From an uncultured Candidatus Saccharibacteria bacterium (GTDB taxonomy: Bacteria; Patescibacteriota; Minisyncoccia; Phycocordibacterales; Phycocordibacteraceae): a DNA stretch of 63,261 nt. The translations under genes and the position numbers were made by a program. The notes beneath the pieces are model-generated. The model saw only the letters and a list, made by a program, of their open reading frames with translations. It made no database searches and was not told the origin of the DNA. Where the stretch lies: NCBI GenBank assembly GCA_964550425.1, contig CAZJZB010000004.1, positions 1 to 63,261 of the forward strand, in the 5' to 3' direction. Shown here one piece after another: positions 1 through 7,943 of the stretch. Each line of letters opens with the position of its first letter. Positions within the stretch are counted from its first letter, which is position 1.

Positions 1-60
1 ACGCCGTTAGAAGTATTTAATCAGGGTGTTGCACTTCAATGTTGAATGTACCTTTCTGAT

Positions 61-98
61 GTTCTTATCAACAACCGGTCGGCAGAGATTAGAATATT
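61..98 (+). repeat. ATTCTTAT / CGGTCGG / ATAAGAAT palindromic element, copy A
   Basis: Left arm gttcttatc (61-69), core cggtcgg (76-82), right arm gattagaatatt (87-98). The arms are inverted repeats with 1 mismatch. The same architecture recurs at 704-743, 21258-21297 and 55491-55527. Confidence 0.55.
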
Positions 99-107
99 TG
101 CATTAGA

Positions 108-698
108 ATGTCAGTGATGGGCAAGCTCGAAGTAGCATCTCAGAAAAGACGGAAGAAACAGAATGTTCAACACGCGGTGCTTGCCGCTGTGGCAGTTACT
201 GGTCTGCTTGTTCTTGCGGCCGTTGCGCCGAACACCTTGCAACTTCTCAAGTATCTGCCTAAAGAAAAATACAATCTCGCCTATCGAGCCAAGACAGCTA
301 CTGTGCGCCTTGTCGCAAAAGGGTACGCAGTGTGGGTCGAGCGGGATGGCAAGAAATATCTGCGTCTGACTCCGGCCGGCCGCAAGGCATTTGAATTTGA
401 ACAAGCGAAGGTTGCGCTCAAGAATCAAAAGATGAAATGGGATGGGCGATGGCGGATGATTGTTTTTGATGTGCCGGAGCGAAGAAGCCGTATCAGGGTC
501 TGCTTGCGTGCCGTCATGCGCGACATTGGGTTTGTTCGGTTACAGGACAGTGTGTGGGTCTATCCGTATGATTGCGAGGACTTCGTCGCGCTTCTTAAGG
601 CGGAGCTCAAGATAGGCAAGGACGTGCTTTATGCAATTGCCGATACAATAGAGCACGATAGGAATCTTCGTCGGCACTTCAATTTGTTGGGTGCATAA
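108..698 (+). CDS. PaaX-like transcriptional regulator (winged-helix N-terminus, PaaX_C-like C-terminus)
   Basis: 196-aa ORF. The motif WDGRWRMIVFDVPERRSRIRVCLRAVMRDIGFVRLQDSVWVYPYDC matches the PaaX-family C-terminal signature as I recall it. Confidence 0.6.
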   Translation: MSVMGKLEVASQKRRKKQNVQHAVLAAVAVTGLLVLAAVAPNTLQLLKYLPKEKYNLAYRAKTATVRLVAKGYAVWVERDGKKYLRLTPAGRKAFEFEQAKVALKNQKMKWDGRWRMIVFDVPERRSRIRVCLRAVMRDIGFVRLQDSVWVYPYDCEDFVALLKAELKIGKDVLYAIADTIEHDRNLRRHFNLLGA

Positions 699-703
699 AT
701 TGT

Positions 704-743
704 AATATTCTTATAAATGACGGTCGGAAGAAATAAGAATATT
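704..743 (+). repeat. ATTCTTAT / CGGTCGG / ATAAGAAT palindromic element, copy B
   Basis: Perfect 11-bp inverted arms aatattcttat (704-714) and ataagaatatt (733-743) flank the core cggtcgg (721-727). It sits between the PaaX-like gene and the methyltransferase gene. Confidence 0.65.
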
Positions 744-799
744 TGTTTGTGCTGTTGATTGCGCGGCCCGCCGCGGGTCGCGTGTGGTATTTTATAGGC

Positions 800-1336
800 A
801 TGAGCGCTTCATTCAGCAGTCCGCACGAGAACGTGTTGCAGCTAGGCTTGCGCGAGGGAATGAAAGTCGGCGATTTCGGAGCGGGCTCCGGCCACTACGC
901 GCGGGCAGCAGCCGCCGCCGTCGGGCACAGCGGGAGAGTGTATGCGATTGATGTGCAGGAGGATGTACTGAAACATCTGAAGCTAAACACCCGCGCTCAT
1001 CATCAGAGCACCATTGACACGATCTGGGGAGACATCGAGAAGCTGGGCGGCACGCATCTGCGCGACGCATCGCTCGACGCCGTTATACTCGCTAATACGT
1101 TCTTTCAAATTGAGAATCGTTTTGGACTCTTGGGAGAGATGAAGCGCACTCTGAAGTCGGGCGGCAAGACCATGATTGTGGACTGGGCTGGCAGCTACGG
1201 CGGCATGGGGCCCACGCAGGAGCAAGTCGTGTCCGAACATACCGCAGAAGAATTTTTCATCAAAGGCGGTTTTCATAAGGTAAAGTCGTTTCGCGCAGGG
1301 CCGCACCATTACGGCATCATTTTTACCTCTCCATGA
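800..1336 (+). CDS. class I SAM-dependent methyltransferase
   Basis: Contains the SAM-binding motif I, VGDFGAGSGHYA. The ATG at 800 is in frame with the 743 ORF, and the upstream part of that ORF overlaps repeat copy B. The stop overlaps the next start (ATGA). Confidence 0.7.
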   Translation: MSASFSSPHENVLQLGLREGMKVGDFGAGSGHYARAAAAAVGHSGRVYAIDVQEDVLKHLKLNTRAHHQSTIDTIWGDIEKLGGTHLRDASLDAVILANTFFQIENRFGLLGEMKRTLKSGGKTMIVDWAGSYGGMGPTQEQVVSEHTAEEFFIKGGFHKVKSFRAGPHHYGIIFTSP

Positions 1337-2640
1337 AAATCTCACTCTTCCAGGGTATTCTGTTTGGCATATTCGGCCTCAGCGCGCTTGTCGGTCTCTT
1401 CGTTTTCGCGACCTATACGAGTACGGGCGATACGAACACGGTCGGCACGGTCGTCATGTGGGGCACACTGCCCTCGGAAGGCATGCAATCCGCGCTTGCC
1501 GCCACAATGCAAATCGATGAAACCCTCAAGAATGTCTCATATGTGCAAAAAGATCCTGCGACGCTACTCTCGAATGTCGCGACCGCGATAGCCACTGGTG
1601 TCGCACCCGACCTCATCCTCGCTTCGCACGAGGAGCTTCATGCGCTTACGAAATTCATCATGCCGATACCGCAATCAACGCTCTCTACAAACACATTCGT
1701 GAATACGTTTGTTGAAGAGGGACGTATCTTTATGATGCCAGACGGATCCGGTTACTACGGCATACCGTTTCTCGTTGACCCGCTCGTACTCTTTTCAAAT
1801 CGTTCCATTCTCGCGAGCAGCGGCATCGCGAAGCCGCCCGCAACCTGGGAGGCGCTTATAGGTCTTGTGCCGAATGTCGCTATACTGACGCCTTCGCGGC
1901 AGATCACTCGCGGTCTCATCGCGCTCGGCACCTACGATAACGTTCGTGATGCGCGCGGCATACTCTCCGCACTCTTTCTGCAACAGGGAATTCCAATCTC
2001 TTCATATTCGGCGAACGGCGTCCTCGCGGCTGATCTTGGCGAGACGTCTTCTGGCAGCGCGTCGCTCGGGTCGGCAGTGCTCGGTTTCTATACCCAATTC
2101 GCCGATCCTTCAAAGGTTTCATATACCTGGAATACTTCATTGCCTGATTCCGAGCAGATGTTTCTTGCAGGCGATCTTGCGCTCTACCTCGGCTATGCGT
2201 CTCGCGCGCGCTATCTGCAAGAGGCAAATCCAAATCTCAACTTCAGCGTAACGCCTTTGCCGCAAAGCGCGACTACAAAGGAGAAAAGCGCCTACGGCCT
2301 CATCTACGCATTTATGATTCCACGCGGAGCAAAGAACCCTTCTGGCGCCTATCAATCCGCCACACTCCTTACTAACTCTGCCGAGCAATCCATCGCGGCG
2401 GGAGCGACAGGGCTTGCGCCCGCAACGTTGAGTGAACTTGCCACTATTCCTCTCACCGATCCTGTTGCTGCGGTCGCATACGCCGAGGCGCTCTACAGCA
2501 AAGGATGGCTATCCCCAATGTCTAGCGATGTCAACCGTATTTTCTCGGGTATGATTGGGGATGTGATAAGCGGTCGTTCAACGGTCGATGATGTGCTTGG
2601 GAGCGCTGCGCGTTCTTTGAATCCGCTTCTGCAACAATAA
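1333..2640 (+). CDS. membrane-anchored extracellular solute-binding protein-like (SBP family 1-like), no ABC permease or ATPase nearby
   Basis: N-terminal TM helix followed by an SBP-like pattern (VVMWGT, APDLIL, GIPFLVDPLVLFSNRSILASSGIAKPPATWEAL). Confidence 0.6.
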   Translation: MKISLFQGILFGIFGLSALVGLFVFATYTSTGDTNTVGTVVMWGTLPSEGMQSALAATMQIDETLKNVSYVQKDPATLLSNVATAIATGVAPDLILASHEELHALTKFIMPIPQSTLSTNTFVNTFVEEGRIFMMPDGSGYYGIPFLVDPLVLFSNRSILASSGIAKPPATWEALIGLVPNVAILTPSRQITRGLIALGTYDNVRDARGILSALFLQQGIPISSYSANGVLAADLGETSSGSASLGSAVLGFYTQFADPSKVSYTWNTSLPDSEQMFLAGDLALYLGYASRARYLQEANPNLNFSVTPLPQSATTKEKSAYGLIYAFMIPRGAKNPSGAYQSATLLTNSAEQSIAAGATGLAPATLSELATIPLTDPVAAVAYAEALYSKGWLSPMSSDVNRIFSGMIGDVISGRSTVDDVLGSAARSLNPLLQQ

Positions 2641-2642
2641 TC

Positions 2643-3164
2643 ATGGGTCTTTTTTTTACCTTTTCGTTCACCACTTTCGTGTTTGTTATAGTCGCGGCGG
2701 GCGCTGCGCCCGCCGCGCTTGCGCAATCCTGTCCGCCTGGATGCAGCGAATCATTTGCTGGCGGCTGTGTTTTGAGCGCGGATCTTATAAAAGGTGTTAT
2801 AACGGCCTGCCCGACACAGTCCGGGGTCTCTAATCTTCCACAAAAACAAACAGGTGTATCAAACACCAATAATTCTGCCTCTAAAACCACCCTCATCAAC
2901 CCGCTTGGTCCAAAAACGACCACCCTTTCCAAATTCCTCGAAAGTATTCTTGATATCATCATTCGTGTCGGTTCCGTTATCGTTATTCTCATGCTGGTTT
3001 TTGTCGGATTCAAATTCGTTACCGCGCGGGGCGAACCGGGAGAAATCTCCGAAGCGAAGCAGATGCTTCTCTGGACCGTCGTTGGCGCTTTGATACTTCT
3101 TGGCGCCAAGGTCATTGCGGCCGGCATTGAGGCGACCGTAAAGGCGCTCTCCACTGGCGGCTGA
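2643..3164 (+). CDS. T4SS-type (TrbC/VirB2-like) pilin family protein, paralog 1
   Basis: Signal peptide, a Cys-containing extracellular segment, then two TM helices separated by a charged loop (TARGEPGEISEAKQMLLW). It is the first of six tandem paralogs. Confidence 0.6.
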   Translation: MGLFFTFSFTTFVFVIVAAGAAPAALAQSCPPGCSESFAGGCVLSADLIKGVITACPTQSGVSNLPQKQTGVSNTNNSASKTTLINPLGPKTTTLSKFLESILDIIIRVGSVIVILMLVFVGFKFVTARGEPGEISEAKQMLLWTVVGALILLGAKVIAAGIEATVKALSTGG

Positions 3165-3165
3165 T

Positions 3166-3453
3166 ATGAATTTGTCCGGCGGCACGACGTTCAGGGAATG
3201 GGTGGGCGGCGGTACTGCCGGCATCATCGGCCTTCTCAATACCGTCATCGTGCCGACTATCTTCGCCTTCGCCTTTGCAGCCTTTATTTGGGGCGTCGTG
3301 AACTATTTCTTTCTCCATGGAGGCGATGAAGGGAAGCGCGCAGAAGGGCGGCAGTTCGTCCTCTGGGGTATTCTCGGAATGGTAGTGCTCTTCTCGGTGT
3401 GGGGATTCGTGCATATATTGTTATCCACGCTCGGCATCGCGCCTGCGAAATAA
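3166..3453 (+). CDS. pilin-like small 2-TM protein, paralog 2
   Basis: TM1, then the loop GGDEGKRAEGRQFVLWGILG, then TM2 ending FSVWGFV. The start is 2 nt after the previous stop. Confidence 0.6.
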   Translation: MNLSGGTTFREWVGGGTAGIIGLLNTVIVPTIFAFAFAAFIWGVVNYFFLHGGDEGKRAEGRQFVLWGILGMVVLFSVWGFVHILLSTLGIAPAK

Positions 3454-3454
3454 T

Positions 3455-3979
3455 ATGCCATACTCTCCGCATATGCGATCAATTGCCCATACTGCTCTCG
3501 TGTTCATCGCACTTCTCGCACCAGCTCCTACATACGCATTAAGTGACGCATCATATACACTCACAACACCGGGCATTAGCTCTCAATCATCGCAATTTTT
3601 CACGACCGGCGTCTTCGGTATGCCATTTGGCGGCGGATTCGGACTCGGCGGATATAGTAGCGGCTGCGCAAATTCCATCTATTGCATCGCGGGGAACGTT
3701 ATCTACATCATCAATAGCGTGTTGGTGCCGGTACTTTTCGCAATTTCTTTTATCGTATTTCTCTACGGCATCACCCGCGCGTATATTTTTTCCGCAGGCG
3801 ATCCGGAGAAGGTGAAGGAGGGGCATAAGATTATCCTCTGGGGCCTCATCGGGTTCGCCGTGATGGTATCCATATGGGGGCTGGTGAATGTCGTCTCCAA
3901 TACTTTCGGCCTTCAGGGCTCGTACGCGCCGTTTCTGCCGATGTCGCCTTCTCCCTTTTTAGGGCCGGCGCCTCGATAA
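3455..3979 (+). CDS. pilin-like protein, paralog 3 (longer N-terminal extracellular part)
   Basis: Signal peptide and a Gly-rich segment, followed by the shared module VLVPVLFAISFIVFLYG...GDPEKVKEGHKIILWGLIGFAVMVSIWGLVN. Confidence 0.6.
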   Translation: MPYSPHMRSIAHTALVFIALLAPAPTYALSDASYTLTTPGISSQSSQFFTTGVFGMPFGGGFGLGGYSSGCANSIYCIAGNVIYIINSVLVPVLFAISFIVFLYGITRAYIFSAGDPEKVKEGHKIILWGLIGFAVMVSIWGLVNVVSNTFGLQGSYAPFLPMSPSPFLGPAPR

Positions 3980-3991
3980 TTATAGAAACAC

Positions 3992-4279
3992 ATGGATTTG
4001 ACAAAACTTAAACAATATTCCGGAGAAATTATCGGTTTCATCAATTCTTTTCTCGTTCCGGCTTTGATGGCGATAGCGTTCATCACCTTCTTATATGGTG
4101 TCTATAAATATTTTATTCTTGGCGCTGCGAGCGATACCGAGCGTGCAGAAGGGCGGCAATTTGTCCTGTGGGGCATTATCGGTCTTGTTGTTATCTTCTC
4201 TGTCTGGGGGCTGGTGTTCCTTGTTAGCGGCACGCTCTATCTCGTGCCGAGAGGTGCGCCCTCGTATCCGCTATTGTGA
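3992..4279 (+). CDS. pilin-like small 2-TM protein, paralog 4
   Basis: Shared module LVPALMAIAFITFLYG...SDTERAEGRQFVLWGIIGLVVIFSVWGLV. Confidence 0.6.
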   Translation: MDLTKLKQYSGEIIGFINSFLVPALMAIAFITFLYGVYKYFILGAASDTERAEGRQFVLWGIIGLVVIFSVWGLVFLVSGTLYLVPRGAPSYPLL

Positions 4280-4367
4280 TTCTCCGATATCCCCACGGGG
4301 TGAGAGGGTATAGTTGACTCTGTTTCCAGGGACGTTACAATTACCCCATTATCCACTTATCAACACT

Positions 4368-4751
4368 ATGAAAAAAGCCCTCGCCCTCGTTTCAGGAACA
4401 TTTGCCGCACTCGCTCTGCCGCTCGTCTCTTTCGCACAAACAGTTAGTAATCTCTCGAGCGCCGGTACTTTGATTATCAATACCATTAATAATGTCCTCG
4501 TCCCTGTTCTTTTTGCCATTGCTTTCATCGTGTTCCTGTGGGGCGCGTTCCAGACCTTCATCGTTGGCGCCAACGACGAGGAAGTGAAGACACATGGTAA
4601 GAATCTCATGCTCTGGGGCCTCATCGGCTTTTTCGTCATGGTCTCTCTCTGGGGTCTCGTGAACATTCTTACCGGCACTGTTAGCTTTGGGACCAGTTCT
4701 GGACCATCGAGCGGCCTTCCAAAGGCAGGTGTCCAAGTAGGTGGTTTTTAA
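4368..4751 (+). CDS. pilin-like protein, paralog 5
   Basis: The ATG at 4368 gives the signal peptide MKKALALVSGTFAALALPLVSFA. Shared module VLVPVLFAIAFIVFLWG...NDEEVKTHGKNLMLWGLIGFFVMVSLWGLVN. Confidence 0.6.
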   Translation: MKKALALVSGTFAALALPLVSFAQTVSNLSSAGTLIINTINNVLVPVLFAIAFIVFLWGAFQTFIVGANDEEVKTHGKNLMLWGLIGFFVMVSLWGLVNILTGTVSFGTSSGPSSGLPKAGVQVGGF

Positions 4752-5021
4752 ATGCCCGTTCTCAACGAGTTTCTCCAGAAAGTCGTCGTGGAGGTCGTCA
4801 ATCCGATTATCCTGCTGCTCGTCGCAGGAGCGTTTATTGTGTTCTTGTGGGGCGTATTTGAGTTTATCCGACAGGCGGGAGATGAAGGGAAGCGCGAGGA
4901 GGGCAAGAGCGCCATTCTCTATGGCCTCATAGGCCTCGTCATCATCTTCGGTGCTTACGGCATTATCAATCTAGCTCTCGGGACCTTCGGTATCCCGACA
5001 ATTCAGAAAATTTCGAAGTGA
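4752..5021 (+). CDS. pilin-like small 2-TM protein, paralog 6
   Basis: Shared module NPIILLLVAGAFIVFLWG...GDEGKREEGKSAILYGLIGLVIIFGAYGIIN. The start directly follows the previous stop. Confidence 0.6.
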   Translation: MPVLNEFLQKVVVEVVNPIILLLVAGAFIVFLWGVFEFIRQAGDEGKREEGKSAILYGLIGLVIIFGAYGIINLALGTFGIPTIQKISK

Positions 5022-5044
5022 TGGTCGTGAAGAGACAAAGAAGG

Positions 5045-5127
5045 TGCTGGGGAGAGGACTCGAACCTCCAATGGATTGCTCCACATGGTCCTAAGCCATG
5101 CGCGTCTACCAATTTCGCCACCCCAGC
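5045..5127 (-). tRNA. tRNA-Leu (anticodon TAG), type II with long variable arm
   Basis: The reverse complement folds by hand: acceptor GCTGGGG/CCCCAGC, anticodon stem CATGG/CCATG, loop CTTAGGA, T-loop TTCGAGT. No CCA is encoded. Confidence 0.85.
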
Positions 5128-5160
5128 GCTTGTGGAACTATAGCAAGCGTAATTACTTTG

Positions 5161-5233
5161 TGCGCCCACCAGGGTTCGGACCTGGGACCTTCTCGTTAAG
5201 AGCGAGCTGCTCTACCAACTGAGCTATGGGCGC
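5161..5233 (-). tRNA. tRNA-Lys (anticodon CTT)
   Basis: Reverse complement GCGCCCATAGCTCAGTTGGTAGAGCAGCTCGCTCTTAACGAGAAGGTCCCAGGTCCGAACCCTGGTGGGCGCA. Acceptor GCGCCCA/TGGGCGC and anticodon loop CTCTTAA. Confidence 0.85.
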
Positions 5234-5964
5234 GCGTCGATATTTACTGACGGTCGTTTAATTGTCTTTAGGTGCGACCAACGCAGCATAGTTGATTCTA
5301 TTGTGGGAACCAAATCCTGTAAAGCAGCATGAATCCACGCGAGCGTTTTATATCGCATATCCGTACCCTTAGGTACATACACCTTAATGGTTCCGTAATA
5401 TAAATTGTTTTTCTTAAATCCCTTATTTGCAGGTTTGATGAAGCTTTTCCCAAAGTTCTCAATCGGAATTCCCGTGATATCCGACCAAAACTTCTTTACT
5501 TCCGCCTCGTTTTGTTGGGAATAGATGTTGAGATGCGCTTTAAGTGTCGAAGGAGGAACATCAAACATTTTTTTGAACCAATGCGTCATGAATACAATAA
5601 GAACAGGATCGGAGTTTGTAATGGCAAAGTTCTTTGTTTTGCTTCCTTCCGCCCAATAAAGGGCCGCACCCAGAAAGCGGTAAGTCTCTGATGAGAGTGG
5701 TAGCAGAATCTCTTTCCGTGCGTTTTCAGTAATCAGTGCAACCTCCTTTTTTCTACGCTCGACCTGGCTCGGTGTCCCGCGCGAGAGGATTTGTATCTGT
5801 TTTGTATAAAGACGCGCACGATGCTTGGGTGAAAGGCGGACGTTCTTAAGCCAAAGGCTAAGCGAGCTTTTCGCGATAGGTACTTGTTGGCGTATTTCGT
5901 TGTAACTTAATCCCTTTTTTCGCAGTGTGATTGCCATCCTGCGCATACCGGTTTTCTGTTTCAT
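5224..5964 (-). CDS. LAGLIDADG-type homing endonuclease-like protein with N-terminal HTH
   Basis: N-terminal HTH (GLSYNEIRQQVPIAKSSLSLWL) and the motif GAALYWAEGSK. The gene is visibly more AT-rich than its flanks, and its last 10 nt overlap the 5' end of tRNA-Lys. Confidence 0.6.
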   Translation of the reverse strand: MKQKTGMRRMAITLRKKGLSYNEIRQQVPIAKSSLSLWLKNVRLSPKHRARLYTKQIQILSRGTPSQVERRKKEVALITENARKEILLPLSSETYRFLGAALYWAEGSKTKNFAITNSDPVLIVFMTHWFKKMFDVPPSTLKAHLNIYSQQNEAEVKKFWSDITGIPIENFGKSFIKPANKGFKKNNLYYGTIKVYVPKGTDMRYKTLAWIHAALQDLVPTIESTMLRWSHLKTIKRPSVNIDARP

Positions 5965-6068
5965 ACCTCTGATTATACGCTATATACCAACTGGTCTAAC
6001 TCTCAAATTCATTACAAAAGTGGATAAAGTAAGTGCGCTTCAGATTCTCAGAGAGGTGTACAAACTAT

Positions 6069-6890
6069 TTATAGGACCGCTTTTTCAACTCGCATCGCTC
6101 TGCCGAAAAGTTTGGCTCCCAAACGTTTGAAATTGTCGGTACTGTCAGTCGAGTAGAAACGGATACTCGACCGCTTACCGAATGTCTTTTCAAGATCGGT
6201 GTGTTTTTCCAAATACCTCTTTAATTTCTTCGGCACAACTCTCGCTTCTGATATAAGGGCGATATCCGGCCCTATGATTTTGCGAATTCTTCTTTCTAGA
6301 ATTCCATAATGCGTACAGCCGAGGATAAGCGCATCAATTTTCTTATGAGTTAATGGTCGCAGATATTTCTCCAATATCGTTTGTATCTCCGGAGAGTTTT
6401 GCCTTCCCGCCTCTACGAGCGGGACCAGAAGCGGGCACGCCTTCTGGAATACTTTTATGCCCGAATCAAGTTTCGTAAGTTCTCGGACGAACGCGTTTGA
6501 TGCGACAGTGGCCTCTGTCGCGATAACGCCCACTCTCTGGCTTTTGGTTTTCCGTGCCGCTTCTTCAGCCGCGGGAATAAGTACGCCAAGTATCTTCTTC
6601 GGACCGCGCGACTTCATATATTCTTGTTGTATTGTGCGAAGTGCGTCGCTCGAAGCGGTATTGCAGGCGATGATCACCATTCCGCACTCGTGCCGGAAAA
6701 GGAATTGCACCGCCTGTTTCGTGAACGCATGTATTGTCTCCTGCGACCGGTGTCCATAGGGAGCGCGGGCGGTATCGCCCAGATATACGTAGTCGTACCG
6801 CGGAAGCATACGCACAATAGAGCGGAGGATATCCAATCCTCCGAATCCGGAATCAAAAATCCCTATGCGCAGATGTTTCTTCTTTTGCAT
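6069..6890 (-). CDS. murI: glutamate racemase
   Basis: Motifs IGIFDSGFGGL, IIACNTASS and LGCTHYG. I chose the start MQKKKHLRIG at 6890 because the longer ORF (to 6941) is a translation of the adjacent tRNA. Confidence 0.9.
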   Translation of the reverse strand: MQKKKHLRIGIFDSGFGGLDILRSIVRMLPRYDYVYLGDTARAPYGHRSQETIHAFTKQAVQFLFRHECGMVIIACNTASSDALRTIQQEYMKSRGPKKILGVLIPAAEEAARKTKSQRVGVIATEATVASNAFVRELTKLDSGIKVFQKACPLLVPLVEAGRQNSPEIQTILEKYLRPLTHKKIDALILGCTHYGILERRIRKIIGPDIALISEARVVPKKLKRYLEKHTDLEKTFGKRSSIRFYSTDSTDNFKRLGAKLFGRAMRVEKAVL

Positions 6891-6896
6891 GTTTTG

Positions 6897-6984
6897 TGCC
6901 GAGGGTGGGAATCGAACCCACAAGAGCCGATTAAAGCTCACAACGTTTTAAGCGTCGCGTGTCTACCAGTTTCACCACCTCGGC
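6897..6984 (-). tRNA. tRNA-Leu (anticodon TAA), type II
   Basis: Acceptor GCCGAGG/CCTCGGC, anticodon stem CGACG/CGTTG, loop CTTAAAA, long variable arm, T-loop TTCGATT. Confidence 0.85.
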
Positions 6985-7459
6985 GAACATTCTTATTTCT
7001 ACCACGATGGGTGGATTTCAAGCTATGACAGTTGGGACAAAGGATTCGTAGGTTTTCAAGTCGATTATCAGAATGATTTCCATTTATATGATCAATTTCG
7101 ATAGGAATACGACCGTCTTCACTCCGTTTTGCCCAACCGCATTCCTCACATTTTGGTCTCTTAAGACCAGCTTGGAACAATCGCTTTTTTAGTTGATAAA
7201 TTGAGAAATTACTGTTTGTAACGAGAATTTCTTCAAGAGTGCGAACAGGTTTTTTAGGAACATTTTTATTTTTACTCCATCCTTTCCCTAAGAAGTGGCC
7301 CGTATCTATCTCGTATTCTTCAACGAACTTTTCGAAATAACGGTAGTTGCCTCCAGCACCCCGTAGATTCATTTTTTGCAAAGCATCACGGATGCTTTGT
7401 GAGGAGGCAATTACTTTTCGTAAGGACTTTTCTTCCCAATGCTTTTTAATGGGTCTCAC
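6938..7459 (-). CDS. HNH homing endonuclease
   Basis: HNH motif EIDHINGNHSDNRLENLRILCPNCHS plus CEECG. The gene is AT-rich, and its 3' 47 nt run into tRNA-Leu(TAA). Confidence 0.75.
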   Translation of the reverse strand: MRPIKKHWEEKSLRKVIASSQSIRDALQKMNLRGAGGNYRYFEKFVEEYEIDTGHFLGKGWSKNKNVPKKPVRTLEEILVTNSNFSIYQLKKRLFQAGLKRPKCEECGWAKRSEDGRIPIEIDHINGNHSDNRLENLRILCPNCHSLKSTHRGRNKNVRRGGETGRHATLKTL

Positions 7460-7524
7460 ACATGTATACTATCATGTGTGCGTCTACCATTTTAGTAAGC
7501 ATAATCAACTGTGTATAACCCGTG

Positions 7525-7596
7525 AGGCCCGGGCGGGAATTGAACCCGCGCATAACAGTTTTGCAGACTGTCGTGTTACCACTTCACCACCGGGCC
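7525..7596 (-). tRNA. tRNA-Cys (anticodon GCA)
   Basis: Acceptor GGCCCGG/CCGGGCC, anticodon stem ACAGT/ACTGT, loop CTGCAAA, T-loop TTCAATT. Confidence 0.85.
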
Positions 7597-7610
7597 GTTT
7601 TCGAATAATA

Positions 7611-7943
7611 CTAACTTTTAGGAGGTTCGCCTAGCTGCTCTCCGTTATCCAGAAGGAAATCAACGCGCGGGAGGCGGAGGTGTGCGTGAGATTTTAAATA
7701 ATCCGAGAACGCTTCGCGCTGCCGCTCAAGAAACGCGAGCGCCGCGCGAGTTTTATCCACGGGGAAAACGCTTACGAAGACCATGATGCGCTCACCGTGC
7801 ACTACGCTCTGTGCCCGGATGACGGTGATGAGGGATTCAGTGCCGGCCTCGCGCGTGATAAATTGCGCGGCCTCGCGCGCGACGATTTCGGCGGCGCGAT
7901 TGCTTTGTCGGCGCGGGCTGCGTGTTCTGTCGGAATGCATCAT
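7611..7943 (-). CDS. rbfA: ribosome-binding factor A
   Basis: 110-aa ORF immediately downstream of infB with a 4-nt ATGA overlap. Size and synteny are typical of rbfA. Confidence 0.65.
   Translation of the reverse strand: MMHSDRTRSPRRQSNRAAEIVAREAAQFITREAGTESLITVIRAQSVVHGERIMVFVSVFPVDKTRAALAFLERQREAFSDYLKSHAHLRLPRVDFLLDNGEQLGEPPKS

Noticed and set aside
6891-6941. N-terminal extension of murI. Similar extensions occur at 18446-18556 and 62050-62142.
   Set aside because: These extensions are read-through translations of tRNA genes. Internal ATG codons immediately after the tRNAs give proteins with normal N-termini.
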